Shown one piece after another: positions 10,159-20,407 of a stretch of 64,000 bases of DNA. Positions within the stretch are counted from its first letter, which is position 1, and each line of letters opens with the position of its first letter. This DNA is from Promicromonospora sp. GTDB taxonomy: Bacteria > Actinomycetota > Actinomycetes > Actinomycetales > Cellulomonadaceae. Position numbers and translations under genes: made by a program. The notes beneath the pieces were generated by a model. The model was given only the letters and a program-made list of their open reading frames with translations. It was not told the origin of the DNA and searched no databases. The stretch spans positions 844 to 64,843 of the forward strand of contig DATGOB010000251.1 of the NCBI GenBank assembly GCA_036010205.1, read 5' to 3'.

Positions 10159-10163
10159 GGTCC

Positions 10164-11072
10164 ATGACACGACTGTCCGCGCTCCGCGCCCGCACACCCG
10201 GCGACATCGCCTTCTCGGTGCTCCTCGCCGTCGTCTGCGCCGTCATCCTGTTCGTGACGATCTACCCGGTCTGGTTCGTCGCGGTCGCCTCGATCAGCGA
10301 GCCGCGCCTCGTCGCCACCGGCCAGGTGACCTTCCTGCCGCAGAACGTGAGCCTGTTCGGCTACGAGCAGATCTTCGCCGACGACCGGATCTGGACGGGT
10401 TACCGCAACACGGTGATCTACACGGTGGTCGGCACCGCGCTCAACATGCTCGTGACGATGCCTGCGGCCTTCGCCCTGTCGCGCCGCGAGTTCCGGCCCC
10501 GGCGCGTGCTCATGCTGTTCTTCGCGTTCACGATGTTCTTCAGCGGCGGCCTCATCCCGCAGTACCTGCTGTACCGCGACATCGGGCTGCTGGACAACTG
10601 GCTGGTGTTCATCCTGCCGACCGCCCTGAACGTGTACAACCTCATCATCGCGCGGGCGTTCTTCGAGAACACGCTGCCGGAGGAGCTCTTCGAGGCCGCG
10701 ACCCTCGACGGGGTCGACTACTTCCGGTACTTCCTGAACATCGCGCTCCCGCTGTCCAAGGCGATCCTCTCGGTCATCGCGCTCTACTACCTCGTGCAGC
10801 ACTGGAACGACTTCTTCACGGGCCTCATCTTCGTCCGCGACTACGAGCTCCAGCCGCTGCAGATCGTGCTGCGTGACATCCTGCTGTCCAACCAGGCGTT
10901 CGCCGGCGGGGCGGGCGGCGCGGGCGGCTCGGGTGGCGCGTACGGCCAGGACTTCGCCGACCAGATCAAGTACGGCGTCATCATCGTCTCCACGCTGCCC
11001 GTGCTCCTGCTGTACCCCTTCCTGCAGAAGTACTTCGAGAAGGGCGTCATGATCGGGTCGGTGAAGGGATGA
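10164..11072 (+). CDS. ABC carbohydrate permease (LplC-like)
   Basis: ELFEAATLDG EAA loop, WNDFF, YPFLQKYFEKGVMIGSVKG. Confidence 0.93.
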   Translation: MTRLSALRARTPGDIAFSVLLAVVCAVILFVTIYPVWFVAVASISEPRLVATGQVTFLPQNVSLFGYEQIFADDRIWTGYRNTVIYTVVGTALNMLVTMPAAFALSRREFRPRRVLMLFFAFTMFFSGGLIPQYLLYRDIGLLDNWLVFILPTALNVYNLIIARAFFENTLPEELFEAATLDGVDYFRYFLNIALPLSKAILSVIALYYLVQHWNDFFTGLIFVRDYELQPLQIVLRDILLSNQAFAGGAGGAGGSGGAYGQDFADQIKYGVIIVSTLPVLLLYPFLQKYFEKGVMIGSVKG

Positions 11073-11722
11073 TCAACCGGCTCGTCGCCCTGCACACCCA
11101 CGTCGGCACCTGGGGCTGGCGCCTGCTGAAGCTCCATCTCCTCTGGCTGCTGCACACCCTGCGCGGCGGCATCGTCCTCGGCGTCTTCCCCGCCACCGCG
11201 GCGGTGCACGAGGTGCTGCGGCACGACCTGATGAGCGACGACGTCGCCGAACGACGCGGTCTGCGGGCGGAGGTCGACGCCGCCTGGCGGGCCAACCTGC
11301 GCGGCGCGAACGTGCTCGGCTACACGCTCACCGCGCTCTGGGCCGTACTCCTGGCCGAGCGCCACGTGCTCGCCGGCGCGGGCAGCGGCCTCGCCGGGGC
11401 GGCCGGGAGCCTGCTGTGGTTCGCGGCGGCCTTCCTCGCCGTCGCCACGGCGCTGGTCTGGCCGCTGGCCGCGCACTATGCCGAGGGGCCGCTGCAGCCC
11501 CTGCGCCGCGCCGCCACGCTCGTCGTCGCCCGGCCGGCGACCGCCCTGGTCACGGCGTGCGCCGGCGGCGCGATCCTCGCCGCCTACTACCTCGTGCCGG
11601 GCCTCGTCCCGGTGCTCGGCATGGCCGCGCCCGCGCTCGCGACCACGTACTGCCTGCGGCGCAGCGGCATCCTGCCTGCGCCCGCACCCTCGCCCGACCG
11701 CATGAAGGAGAGCACCGTATGA
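11069..11722 (+). CDS. YesL/DUF624 family membrane protein
   Basis: Multiple hydrophobic helices, GGIVLGVFPATAA motif, typical position after ABC permeases. Confidence 0.8.
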   Translation: MINRLVALHTHVGTWGWRLLKLHLLWLLHTLRGGIVLGVFPATAAVHEVLRHDLMSDDVAERRGLRAEVDAAWRANLRGANVLGYTLTALWAVLLAERHVLAGAGSGLAGAAGSLLWFAAAFLAVATALVWPLAAHYAEGPLQPLRRAATLVVARPATALVTACAGGAILAAYYLVPGLVPVLGMAAPALATTYCLRRSGILPAPAPSPDRMKESTV

Positions 11723-13797
11723 CCACGACGACCACGCCGCCCGCCACCACCGGCCCGCCGCCCGAGGCAGCCTCCCCGTGGCACGTCGACGGCACCCGGC
11801 TGACGTGGCGCGGGGGCGGCGAGACGCTCGTCGTCGAACCGTGGGGGGCCGACAGCGCGCGCGTCCGGTCGGCGCAGGGTGAGGTCGTCGACACCGACTG
11901 GGCCCTCCTGCCCGCCCCGGAGGCCGCCGACGCCCGCGTCGAGCTCGACGGCGGCGTCGCAACCCTGGTGAACGGGCGTCTGCGCGTCGTCCTCACCGCG
12001 CACGACCACTACCACTGGCAGGGCGGTCAGCGTCGCTTCCGCTGCCACGTCAGCTTCCAGGACGCCGACGGCCGCGAGCTCCTGGCCGAGCGCGAGTCCG
12101 GCGGCGCCCTCGCGCTGCGCGCCCGCCGGTACGACGCACACCCCGCGGGGGGCTGGCGGACGTCGCTCCTCCTCGAGAGCCCAGCGGACGAGAAGCTCGT
12201 CGGGATGGGCCTGTACCAGCAGGACCACATCGACCTCAAGGGCTGCACCCTCGAGCTCGCCCACCGCAACTCCCAGGCCAGCGTGCCGTTCGTCGTCTCC
12301 AGCGCCGGGTACGGGATGCTCTGGCACACGCCCGCCGTCGGACGCGCGACCTTCGGCCGCAACGGCACCGAGTGGACGGCCGAGGCCGCGCCCCAGATCG
12401 ACTACTGGGTCACGGCAGGCGACACCCCGGCGCAGATCAGCCGCGCGTACGCCGACGCCACCGGCCACGCCCCCGTGATGCCGGAGCGCGGGCTCGGCTA
12501 CTGGCAGTGCAAGCTGCGCTACTCCTCCCAGGAGGAGCTGCTCGAGGTCGCGCGCGAGCACCGGCGCCGCGACCTGCCGCTCGACGTCATCGTCGCCGAC
12601 TTCTTCCACTGGCCCCGGATGGGCGACTTCCGGTTCGACGACGAGTTCTGGCCCGACCCCGCCGCGATGGTCGCCGAGCTGCGCGACCTGGGCGTCGAGC
12701 TCATGGTCAGCGTCTGGCCCCAGGTGGCGCTCACGTCCGAGAACTTCGACGAGATGTCCCGCCAGGGCCTGCTCGTGGCCACCAACCAGGGCATCGACGT
12801 GCAGATGTGGTTCGAGGGCCCCAGCCGGTTCGTCGACACCACGAACCCCCGGGCGCGCGCCTACCTCTGGGACAAGCTCCGCGCCGGGTACGCGCGGCAC
12901 GGCATCCGGACCTTCTGGCTCGACGAGGCCGAGCCCGAGTTCGGCCAGTACGACTTCGGCGCCTACCGGTACGACGCCGGACCGGCGCTCGCGGTCACCA
13001 ACATCTACCCGCAGACGTTCTCCCGCGCCGTCTTCGAGGGTCAGCAGGGCGACGGCGAGACCGAGATCGTCAACCTCGTGCGGTGCGCCTGGGCGGGCAG
13101 CCAGCGCTACGGGGCGCTCCTGTGGTCCGGCGACATCCACTCCTCGTGGACGGCGATGCGCCGGCAGATCACCGCGGGCATCCACGTGGGCGCGGCGGGC
13201 GTGCCGTGGTTCACGACCGACATCGGCGGGTTCGGCGGCGGGCGGACGGACGACCCGGCGTTCCAGGAGCTGCTGGTGCGCTGGTTCCAGATGGGCGCGT
13301 TCATGCCGGTGATGCGCATGCACGGCGACCGGGCGCCCCAGGTGCCGGTCGTGGCGGCGGACGGCAGCCGCCGTCTGCCGTCCGGCTCGGGGAACGAGCT
13401 GTGGAGCTTCGGCCCGGAGAACTACGAGATCCTCGCCCGCTACGTGCGGCTCCGCGAGCGCCTGCGCGACTACACGCGCGACGTCATGCGGGCCGCGCAC
13501 GAGGACGGGCAGCCCGTGATGCGCGGGCTGTTCCACAACTTCCCGGACGACCCGCAGGCCTGGGACGTGGGGGACCAGTTCATGCACGGCCCGGACGTGC
13601 TGGTCGCGCCCGTGACCGAGCCGGGGGCGACGTCGCGCGCCGTCTACCTGCCGGAGGGGGCGCGCTGGACCGACCTGCACACGGGTGCCGTGCACGCGGG
13701 CGGGCAGTGGATCGAGGTAGACGCCCCGCGGCACCTCGTGCCGGTCTTCACGCGTGACGGCGCGTTGTCCGACCTGCAGGGTTACCTCGTGCCCTGA
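11719..13797 (+). CDS. GH31 glycoside hydrolase (alpha-xylosidase-like)
   Basis: [27 protein letters not shown] (nucleophile), WSGDI (acid/base), MRMHG. Confidence 0.9.
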   Translation: MTTTTTPPATTGPPPEAASPWHVDGTRLTWRGGGETLVVEPWGADSARVRSAQGEVVDTDWALLPAPEAADARVELDGGVATLVNGRLRVVLTAHDHYHWQGGQRRFRCHVSFQDADGRELLAERESGGALALRARRYDAHPAGGWRTSLLLESPADEKLVGMGLYQQDHIDLKGCTLELAHRNSQASVPFVVSSAGYGMLWHTPAVGRATFGRNGTEWTAEAAPQIDYWVTAGDTPAQISRAYADATGHAPVMPERGLGYWQCKLRYSSQEELLEVAREHRRRDLPLDVIVADFFHWPRMGDFRFDDEFWPDPAAMVAELRDLGVELMVSVWPQVALTSENFDEMSRQGLLVATNQGIDVQMWFEGPSRFVDTTNPRARAYLWDKLRAGYARHGIRTFWLDEAEPEFGQYDFGAYRYDAGPALAVTNIYPQTFSRAVFEGQQGDGETEIVNLVRCAWAGSQRYGALLWSGDIHSSWTAMRRQITAGIHVGAAGVPWFTTDIGGFGGGRTDDPAFQELLVRWFQMGAFMPVMRMHGDRAPQVPVVAADGSRRLPSGSGNELWSFGPENYEILARYVRLRERLRDYTRDVMRAAHEDGQPVMRGLFHNFPDDPQAWDVGDQFMHGPDVLVAPVTEPGATSRAVYLPEGARWTDLHTGAVHAGGQWIEVDAPRHLVPVFTRDGALSDLQGYLVP

Positions 13798-13840
13798 ATA
13801 CCCCTTCTTCTCTCGCCACCGCCGACCACCAGGAGAACCC

Positions 13841-15391
13841 ATGGCCACGATCACCGCCGTCGTCAACCTCGACCTGCCCGGACCGACCATCTCCCGCCAC
13901 GTCTACGGACACTTCGCCGAGCACCTCGGACGCTGCATCTACGGCGGCTTCTGGGTCGGGGAGGACTCCGACGTGCCGAACGTGCGCGGCATCCGGCGCG
14001 ACGTCGTCGACGCGCTCCGCGCGATCGGCATCCCGAACCTGCGCTGGCCCGGCGGGTGCTTCGCCGACGACTACCACTGGGAGGACGGGATCGGGCCGCG
14101 CGACCAGCGGCCCCGCATGGTCAACTCGCACTGGGGCGACGTCGTCGAGGACAACTCGTTCGGCACCCACGAGTTCATGGACCTGTGCGAGCTGCTGGGC
14201 GCGGACGCCTACATCAGCGGCAACATCGGGTCGGGCTCGGTGCGCGAGATGAGCGACTGGATCGAGTACCTGACCCGGGCGGACGACTCGCCCATGGCGA
14301 CGCTGCGGCGGGCCAACGGCCGGGACGAGCCCTGGAAGGTGCCGTTCTGGGGGCTGGGCAACGAGGCGTGGGGCTGCGGCGGCAACCTGCGGGTCGAGCA
14401 GTTCGCGTCGCTCGCCCGCCAGTACGCCACGTACACCCGCGACCACGCCGACAACCGCGTGTACCGGATCGCCGCCGGCGCGCACGAGGACGACTACCAC
14501 TGGACCGAGACCCTGATGCGGTCCTTCGACCCGCTCGACCAGGACGACCGCCCGGCCACGCCGTTCCAGGCGGTGTCCCTGCACTACTACACGCGCACCG
14601 GGTCCTGGGCCGAGAAGGGCAGGGCGACCGAGTTCAGCACGGACGAGTGGTATCTCGCCCTGAGCCGCGCGTCCTGGATGGAGGAGCTGGTCGCCCGGCA
14701 CTCGACCGTCATGGACCGGTACGACCCGGCGAAGAAGGTCGGGCTCGTCGTCGACGAGTGGGGCACCTGGTGGGACGTCGAACCGGGCACCAACCCCGGC
14801 TTCCTGTACCAGCAGAACACGCTCCGCGACGCGCTCGTGGCTTCCGTGCACTTCGACGCGTTCCACCGCCACGCCGACCGGGTCGTCATGGCCAACATCG
14901 CCCAGACCGTCAACGTGCTGCAGGCGATGGTCCTCACCGATCCCGAGTCGGGCGCGCTCGTGCTCACGCCCACGTACCACGTGTTCGAGATGAACCGGGG
15001 GCACCACGACGCCGCCGCGCTGGACGTGCACCTCAAGGGCGCGCCGGAGAAGGAGGTCGGCGGGCGCACGCTGGGGCTCGTCTCGGCGTCGGCGTCGACC
15101 CGCGGGGACTCGGCGCTGGTGTCGCTGTCGAACCTCGACGCGGAGACCGCGCACACGGTGACCCTCGACCTCCGCGGGCGGGACGTGGCGGGTCACCGGG
15201 CGCGGGTCCTCACCTCGCCGGAGCTCGCGGCGCACAACACGGCGTCCGCACCCGAGACGGTCGCCCCGCGCGACCACGACGGCGTCCGGCTCCGCGACGG
15301 GCGCCTGGAGATCGACCTGCCGGCCCATTCGTACGTGACGCTGGAGCTGACCCTGTCCCCGGCGCCAAGCCAACCGCTTGTGCCGAGGTAG
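13841..15391 (+). CDS. Alpha-N-arabinofuranosidase, GH51 (AbfA/Abf2-like)
   Basis: [43 protein letters not shown]. The stop TAG is supplied by the first repeat unit of array A. Confidence 0.95.
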   Translation: MATITAVVNLDLPGPTISRHVYGHFAEHLGRCIYGGFWVGEDSDVPNVRGIRRDVVDALRAIGIPNLRWPGGCFADDYHWEDGIGPRDQRPRMVNSHWGDVVEDNSFGTHEFMDLCELLGADAYISGNIGSGSVREMSDWIEYLTRADDSPMATLRRANGRDEPWKVPFWGLGNEAWGCGGNLRVEQFASLARQYATYTRDHADNRVYRIAAGAHEDDYHWTETLMRSFDPLDQDDRPATPFQAVSLHYYTRTGSWAEKGRATEFSTDEWYLALSRASWMEELVARHSTVMDRYDPAKKVGLVVDEWGTWWDVEPGTNPGFLYQQNTLRDALVASVHFDAFHRHADRVVMANIAQTVNVLQAMVLTDPESGALVLTPTYHVFEMNRGHHDAAALDVHLKGAPEKEVGGRTLGLVSASASTRGDSALVSLSNLDAETAHTVTLDLRGRDVAGHRARVLTSPELAAHNTASAPETVAPRDHDGVRLRDGRLEIDLPAHSYVTLELTLSPAPSQPLVPR

Positions 15392-15503
15392 TCACTTGGC
15401 GAGGTAGTCATCTGGCGAGGTAGTCACTGGGCGAGGTAGTCACGTAGTGCGCGTTGCGCGACTACCTCGCCAGGCGACTACCTCGCCACGTGACTACCTC
15501 GGC
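15382..15503. repeat. Repeat array A: 4 direct + 3 inverted 16-bp-period units (palindromic)
   Basis: CGAGGTAGTCA at 15384, 15400, 15416, 15432; GACTACCTCG at 15460, 15476, 15492. Confidence 0.95.
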
Positions 15504-15543
15504 CCGGTCGGGGCGGGCGCCTGCCCGGGCGGCGTGGTCGAGG

Positions 15544-16014
15544 TCAGGCGCGCGGGCAGACCTTGACGTTGTTCGAGTAGAGGATGCCTTCGTCGCCGAC
15601 GTAGTTCTCGTCCTGCCACGCGAGGCTCACCTTCGCGCGAATGCGTACCTGCTCAGAGGACTTGCAGGCCCACGAGGGGGTGCGTGCGACGTCCTGGACC
15701 GGCTCCCAGGGCTCGTTGTAGGGGTAGGACTCCGCGACGGTCCACCAGATACCGTCCCGCAGGATCTCGAGGTACACCGCGTCGACCCGGACGTCGTAGT
15801 CGCCGCCGCCCTCGCTGTCGGTCACCCGCGCGTGGGCGTTGAACACCCCGGGCTTCGTCATCTCGACGTTGGCGCAGCGGATGACCTCCTCACCCACGCA
15901 GGTGTGCGCGATCTGCTGGGCTGCCGCCGCCGGCGAGGCGATGAGCATGCTCGCGCCCAGCGCGATGCCGAAGGCGGCCGTCAGGACGCGCTTGGTCTGT
16001 CCGTTCTTTCGCAT
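15544..16014 (-). CDS. Small secreted hypothetical protein with 4 Cys, flanked by arrays A and B
   Basis: Sec-type signal MRKNGQTKRVLTAAFGIALGASMLIASPAAAA; mature part has 4 Cys; codon usage appears less GC-biased than neighbours. Confidence 0.75.
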   Translation of the reverse strand: MRKNGQTKRVLTAAFGIALGASMLIASPAAAAQQIAHTCVGEEVIRCANVEMTKPGVFNAHARVTDSEGGGDYDVRVDAVYLEILRDGIWWTVAESYPYNEPWEPVQDVARTPSWACKSSEQVRIRAKVSLAWQDENYVGDEGILYSNNVKVCPRA

Positions 16015-16076
16015 GACGGCAGTCAAACTCGGCGTGGCGGCGCGAGGTTGCAGGATCCTGCAGATCGCCCGGTCGG

Positions 16077-16122
16077 CTGACTACCTCGCCAACTGACTAC
16101 CTCGCCAACTGACTACCTCGGC
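16077..16122. repeat. Repeat array B: 3 units, half element
   Basis: TGACTACCTCG at 16078, 16094, 16110; the last unit ends CCTCGGC as in arrays A and C. Confidence 0.95.
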
Positions 16123-16130
16123 GAGGGGGT

Positions 16131-16145
16131 GGACAACGTTTGTCA
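16131..16145. promoter_or_regulatory. Putative LacI operator upstream of lacI
   Basis: GGACAACGTTTGTCA, sharing the AACGTT core with the sites at 17206 and 17247. Confidence 0.55.
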
Positions 16146-16151
16146 TAGCCT

Positions 16152-17168
16152 GTGCGGATGGAGTTGAGTCGCAGGCCGCCGGGGTTGGTCGACGTCGCGG
16201 CGAAGGCGGGGGTCAGCGTCTCGACGGTGTCGCGGGTACTCACCGGGCGGACGCCGGTCAGCGAGAAGCTGCGCACGAAGGTGCAGGCGGCGGTCGACGA
16301 GCTCGGGTACCGGCCGAACGCCGCCGCGCAGACCCTTGTCAGCGGCAGGCGGTCGGCGATCGGGGTGTTCGCCCGCAACACGGCGCGCTTCGGGTACGCG
16401 GCGACCCTGCAGGGCATCGAGGAGGCCGCCCGTGCCGCCGGCTACGTCGTGATGATCACCGTGGTCGAGTCCGGCCGGCCGGACGACATCGCCCGCGCCG
16501 TGGACATGACGCTCTCCCAGGCGCTCGCCGGTGCGATCGTCATCGAGTTCGACGCGGTCGGCGTCGCCACGCTCGAGGCGTTGCCCGACGTCGTCCCCGT
16601 GGTCGCCGCCGCGGGCGCCCGGCGTGAGCCGGGGCCCCGGCCGCACGCGTTCCTGGACGACGAGGCGGGCGGGCGGGCCGCCACCGAGTACCTGCTCGGC
16701 CTCGGCCACCGGACGGTGCACCACATCGCGATCCCGGCCACCCGGGAGCGCAGCGGGCGCGAGTGGGGGTGGCGCACCGCGCTCGAGGCGGCGGGCGCCC
16801 CGGTCCCGGACGTGGTGTCCGCGGAGTACTCGCCGACGTCGGGGTACGACGCCGCGCAGCGGCTGCTCGAGCAGGACGGTGTGACCGCGATCCTCTGCGG
16901 CAACGACGAGCTCGCGATCGGCGCCGCCCGCGCGCTGTCGGAGCGAGGGCTGCGGATCCCGCAGGACGTCGCCGTCGTCGGGTTCGACGACCAGCCGTTC
17001 GCCGAGATGTGGGTGCCCGCGCTGACGACCGTGGCGCAGGACTTCACCGATCTCGGACGCCGCACCTTCGGCCTGCTGGAGGAGTGGCTGCGCGCCGGCG
17101 AGCGCCCGGCGGACTCCGCGGTGCTGCCGTCGCTCGTGGTCCGGGGGAGCACCGCCGCCCGGGAGTGA
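16152..17168 (+). CDS. LacI family transcriptional regulator
   Basis: LVDVAAKAGVSVSTVSRVL HTH; PQDVAVVGFDD...PALTTV. Confidence 0.95.
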   Translation: MRMELSRRPPGLVDVAAKAGVSVSTVSRVLTGRTPVSEKLRTKVQAAVDELGYRPNAAAQTLVSGRRSAIGVFARNTARFGYAATLQGIEEAARAAGYVVMITVVESGRPDDIARAVDMTLSQALAGAIVIEFDAVGVATLEALPDVVPVVAAAGARREPGPRPHAFLDDEAGGRAATEYLLGLGHRTVHHIAIPATRERSGREWGWRTALEAAGAPVPDVVSAEYSPTSGYDAAQRLLEQDGVTAILCGNDELAIGAARALSERGLRIPQDVAVVGFDDQPFAEMWVPALTTVAQDFTDLGRRTFGLLEEWLRAGERPADSAVLPSLVVRGSTAARE

Positions 17169-17205
17169 CCGGGACCGGCCCGCGCGCGGCGTCGCGCACC
17201 GCCTT

Positions 17206-17265
17206 CTGACCAACGTTTGCAGAATCGCGCGACGGCACGCTACGGTCTGACCAACGTTTTCAGAA
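17206..17265. promoter_or_regulatory. Two putative LacI operators upstream of the GH36 operon
   Basis: CTGACCAACGTTTGCAGAA (17206) and CTGACCAACGTTTTCAGAA (17247), 18/19 identical, 41 bp apart. Confidence 0.7.
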
Positions 17266-17300
17266 CCGGGTCCCGGACCCAGCTCGAAAGGCAACGACGC

Positions 17301-19496
17301 TTGAGCACTCCTGTGACGCGCGAACGCGCCGAGTCCCGCGACGAGGTCGCCTGGCCCGAGGTGGTCCGGCTCGCCGCGGGCGGCGTCGCACTGATCCTCG
17401 CCGTCCCGCGCGACTCCCTTCCGCACGTCGTCCACTGGGGCCCCGACCCCGGCCCTCTGTCGGACGACGAGCTCCGGGCCGTCGCCGCGGCGGCCGTCCC
17501 GCCGCGCGCCACCAACGGCGTGGACTCCGCGGTCGTCGTGTCGGTCCTGCCGGAGGCACGCACCGGCTGGACGGGTACCCCGGGGCTGTCCGGGCACCGG
17601 GCCGGCGCCGGCTGGTCGCCGTGGCTCCGGCCCCAGCGGGTCGACGTCGTCGCCGAGCCCGGGGGAGGGGGCCGCGTCGACGTCCTTGCCGCCGATCCGC
17701 AGGCGGGCCTGCAGGTCGGTGTCCTCGTCGAGATGCTGCCGACGGGCGTCGTGCGGATGCAGGCGCACGTGACGAACACCGGGCCCGGCCCGTACGCCGT
17801 CGAGCGGCTCGACCTCGCGCTGCCGGTCCCGACCCGCGCCGACGGCCTGTGGGACCTCGCCGGACGATGGGCCAAGGAGCGGGTCGTCCAGCACCGCCCG
17901 TTCACCGTCGGCACGCACCTGCGCGAGGGGCGCCACGGCCGCACCGGCGCCGACGCCGCGACCCTGCTCGTCGCGGGCACCCCCGACCTCGGGTTCGCCG
18001 AGGGGGAGGCCTGGGGCCTGCACGTGGCGTTCAGCGGGAACCACCGCGTCGCCGCCGAGCGGGTCTTCTCCGGCGAGCGCCACCTGCTCGGCGGCGAGCT
18101 CCTGCTGCCGGGCGAGGTCGAGCTCCAGGAGGGCGAGACGTACCGGTCGCCGAAGCTGTTCGCCGTGTACGGTGCGGGCCTCGACGGGATGGCTGCCCGC
18201 CTGCACAGCCACCTGCGCGCCCGGCCGCACCACCCCCGCACGCCGCGCCCCGTGGTGATGAACGTGTGGGAGGCCGTGTACTTCGACCACGACCTCCAGC
18301 GGCTGCTCGACCTCGCCGAGCTCGCGGCCGACGTCGGCGTCGAACGGTTCGTGCTCGACGACGGGTGGTTCAGCAGCCGCCGCGACGACACCTCGGGTCT
18401 GGGGGACTGGGTGGTCGCGGACGCCGTCTGGGGGCAGGGCCGGTTCCGGACGCTGGTCGACGCGGTCAAGGGCCGCGGCATGCAGTTCGGCCTGTGGCTC
18501 GAGCCCGAGATGGTCAACCTCGACTCCGACGTCGCCCGCGCGCACCCGGACTGGATCCTGCAGCTCCCCGGCCGGATGCCCGTCGACTTCCGCCACCAGC
18601 AGGTCCTGGACCTGTCGCACCCCGATGCGTTCGCCCACGTCCGGGACCAGATCCTGGCCCTGGTGCGCGAGTACGGCATCGACTACGTGAAGTGGGACCA
18701 CAACCGCGACCTGATCGACGCCGGGTCCACCCGCACCGGCCGCGCCGGCGTGCACAGCCAGACCCTGGCGGCCTACCGCCTGCTCGACGAGATCCGGTCG
18801 GCCGCACCCGGCCTGGAGATCGAGTCGTGCTCGTCCGGCGGCGCGCGCATCGACCTGGAGATGATCGAGCACACCGACCGCGTGTGGGCCTCCGACTGCA
18901 TCGACGCGCGCGAGCGCCAGCAGATCCAGCGCTGGACGGCGCAGCTCCTGCCGCCCGAGCTGGTCGGCAGCCACGTCGGCGCCGGGCGCGCCCACACCAC
19001 CGGGCGGCAGCTCGACCTCGGCTTCCGTGCCGCCACGGCGCTGTTCGGCCACTTCGGCGTCGAGTGGGACCTGACCGACGCGACCCCCGCCGAACGGACG
19101 GAGCTCGCGGCCTGGATCCGGTTCTACAAGGAGGTCCGGTCCCTGATCCACACCGGCACCGTGGTGCGCCGCGACGTCGAGCACGGCGACCTGTGGGTGC
19201 ACGGCGCCGTCGCGCCGGACCGGCGCGACGCGCTGTTCGCCGTGACGCTGCGCGAGCGCCACGTCACCTGGCCCGCCGGCCGGGTCCCGATCCCCGGCCT
19301 GCGCCGCGACCTCACCTACCGGGTCAGTGCCGCGGGCCCCGGTTCGGACGCGCCGTACGACGACCGCGTCCACCCCACGTGGTGGGCCACGGGCCTCGAG
19401 CTCAGCGGCGCGGTCCTGGCCGACGTCGGCGTGCACGTGCCGGCGCTCGACCCTGACCACTCGGCTCTCCTGCGGATCGAGGCGATGCCGCGATGA
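17301..19496 (+). CDS. Alpha-galactosidase, GH36
   Basis: VMNVWEAVYFD, FVLDDGWF, FGLWLEPEMVN, YVKWDHNR, ESCSSGGARID, WASD. TTG 17301 chosen as start; the ORF track gives 17217. Confidence 0.95.
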   Translation: MSTPVTRERAESRDEVAWPEVVRLAAGGVALILAVPRDSLPHVVHWGPDPGPLSDDELRAVAAAAVPPRATNGVDSAVVVSVLPEARTGWTGTPGLSGHRAGAGWSPWLRPQRVDVVAEPGGGGRVDVLAADPQAGLQVGVLVEMLPTGVVRMQAHVTNTGPGPYAVERLDLALPVPTRADGLWDLAGRWAKERVVQHRPFTVGTHLREGRHGRTGADAATLLVAGTPDLGFAEGEAWGLHVAFSGNHRVAAERVFSGERHLLGGELLLPGEVELQEGETYRSPKLFAVYGAGLDGMAARLHSHLRARPHHPRTPRPVVMNVWEAVYFDHDLQRLLDLAELAADVGVERFVLDDGWFSSRRDDTSGLGDWVVADAVWGQGRFRTLVDAVKGRGMQFGLWLEPEMVNLDSDVARAHPDWILQLPGRMPVDFRHQQVLDLSHPDAFAHVRDQILALVREYGIDYVKWDHNRDLIDAGSTRTGRAGVHSQTLAAYRLLDEIRSAAPGLEIESCSSGGARIDLEMIEHTDRVWASDCIDARERQQIQRWTAQLLPPELVGSHVGAGRAHTTGRQLDLGFRAATALFGHFGVEWDLTDATPAERTELAAWIRFYKEVRSLIHTGTVVRRDVEHGDLWVHGAVAPDRRDALFAVTLRERHVTWPAGRVPIPGLRRDLTYRVSAAGPGSDAPYDDRVHPTWWATGLELSGAVLADVGVHVPALDPDHSALLRIEAMPR

Positions 19497-20398
19497 CCTC
19501 CACAGCAGCCGCACCCCAGCGGCTCGTCCGCCGGTGGGGCGACCTGCCCGTCGCCGCCGTGTTCATCGCGCCCGCCGCGCTCGGCTTCCTCGCCTTCTAC
19601 CTGGTGCCCGCGCTGCGCGGCATCTGGTTCAGCCTCACCGACCAGAACCTCGTGGGATCCGGCACCTTCATCGGGACGGCGAACTACCAGGAGATGTTCG
19701 CCGACCCGCTGTTCTGGAACGCGCTGAAGGTCACGGCCTGGTACGTCGTGATCAACATCGGCGTGCAGACCGTGCTCGCGGTGGGGATCGCCGTCCTCAT
19801 GCACCGGCTGACCCGGTCGGCGCTGGTGCGCGGCATCATCCTGCTGCCGTACCTCGTGGCCAACGTCGTCGTCGCCCTGGTGTGGTTCTGGATGATGGAC
19901 TACTCGACCGGGTTCATCAACGTCGCCCTCGACTGGGCCGGGCTGGACCGGGTCGCGTTCTTCGGCAACGAGGCGCTCGCGATCCCGACGATCGCCCTCA
20001 TCAACGTGTGGCGGTACGTCGGCTACACGGCGCTGCTCGTCTTCGCGGGCCTGCAGACGATCCCCGGCCAGCTCTACGAGGCCGCCGCGCTGGACGGCGC
20101 CTCCGAGCCGCGGATGTTCTGGTCGATCACGCTGCCGCTGCTGCGGCCGGTGCTGGCCCTCGTGCTCGTCATCACCGTCGTCGGCTCGTTCCAGATCTTC
20201 GACACCGTGGCCGTGACGACCGAGGGCGGGCCGATCGACTCGACGCGGGTCATCTACTACTACATCTACCAGCAGGCGTTCGAACGCTTCGACCTCGGCT
20301 ACGCCTCCGCGATGTCGGTCTTCCTGCTGGTCGCGCTCGCCGTCGTGGCCTACTTCCAGCTCAAGATCATGCGCTCGAACCAGTCGGACCTGGCCTGA
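19493..20398 (+). CDS. ABC sugar permease (MalF-like)
   Basis: QLYEAAALDGAS EAA loop, GSFQIFD. Confidence 0.93.
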   Translation: MTSTAAAPQRLVRRWGDLPVAAVFIAPAALGFLAFYLVPALRGIWFSLTDQNLVGSGTFIGTANYQEMFADPLFWNALKVTAWYVVINIGVQTVLAVGIAVLMHRLTRSALVRGIILLPYLVANVVVALVWFWMMDYSTGFINVALDWAGLDRVAFFGNEALAIPTIALINVWRYVGYTALLVFAGLQTIPGQLYEAAALDGASEPRMFWSITLPLLRPVLALVLVITVVGSFQIFDTVAVTTEGGPIDSTRVIYYYIYQQAFERFDLGYASAMSVFLLVALAVVAYFQLKIMRSNQSDLA

Positions 20399-20407
20399 GG
20401 AACCCTG

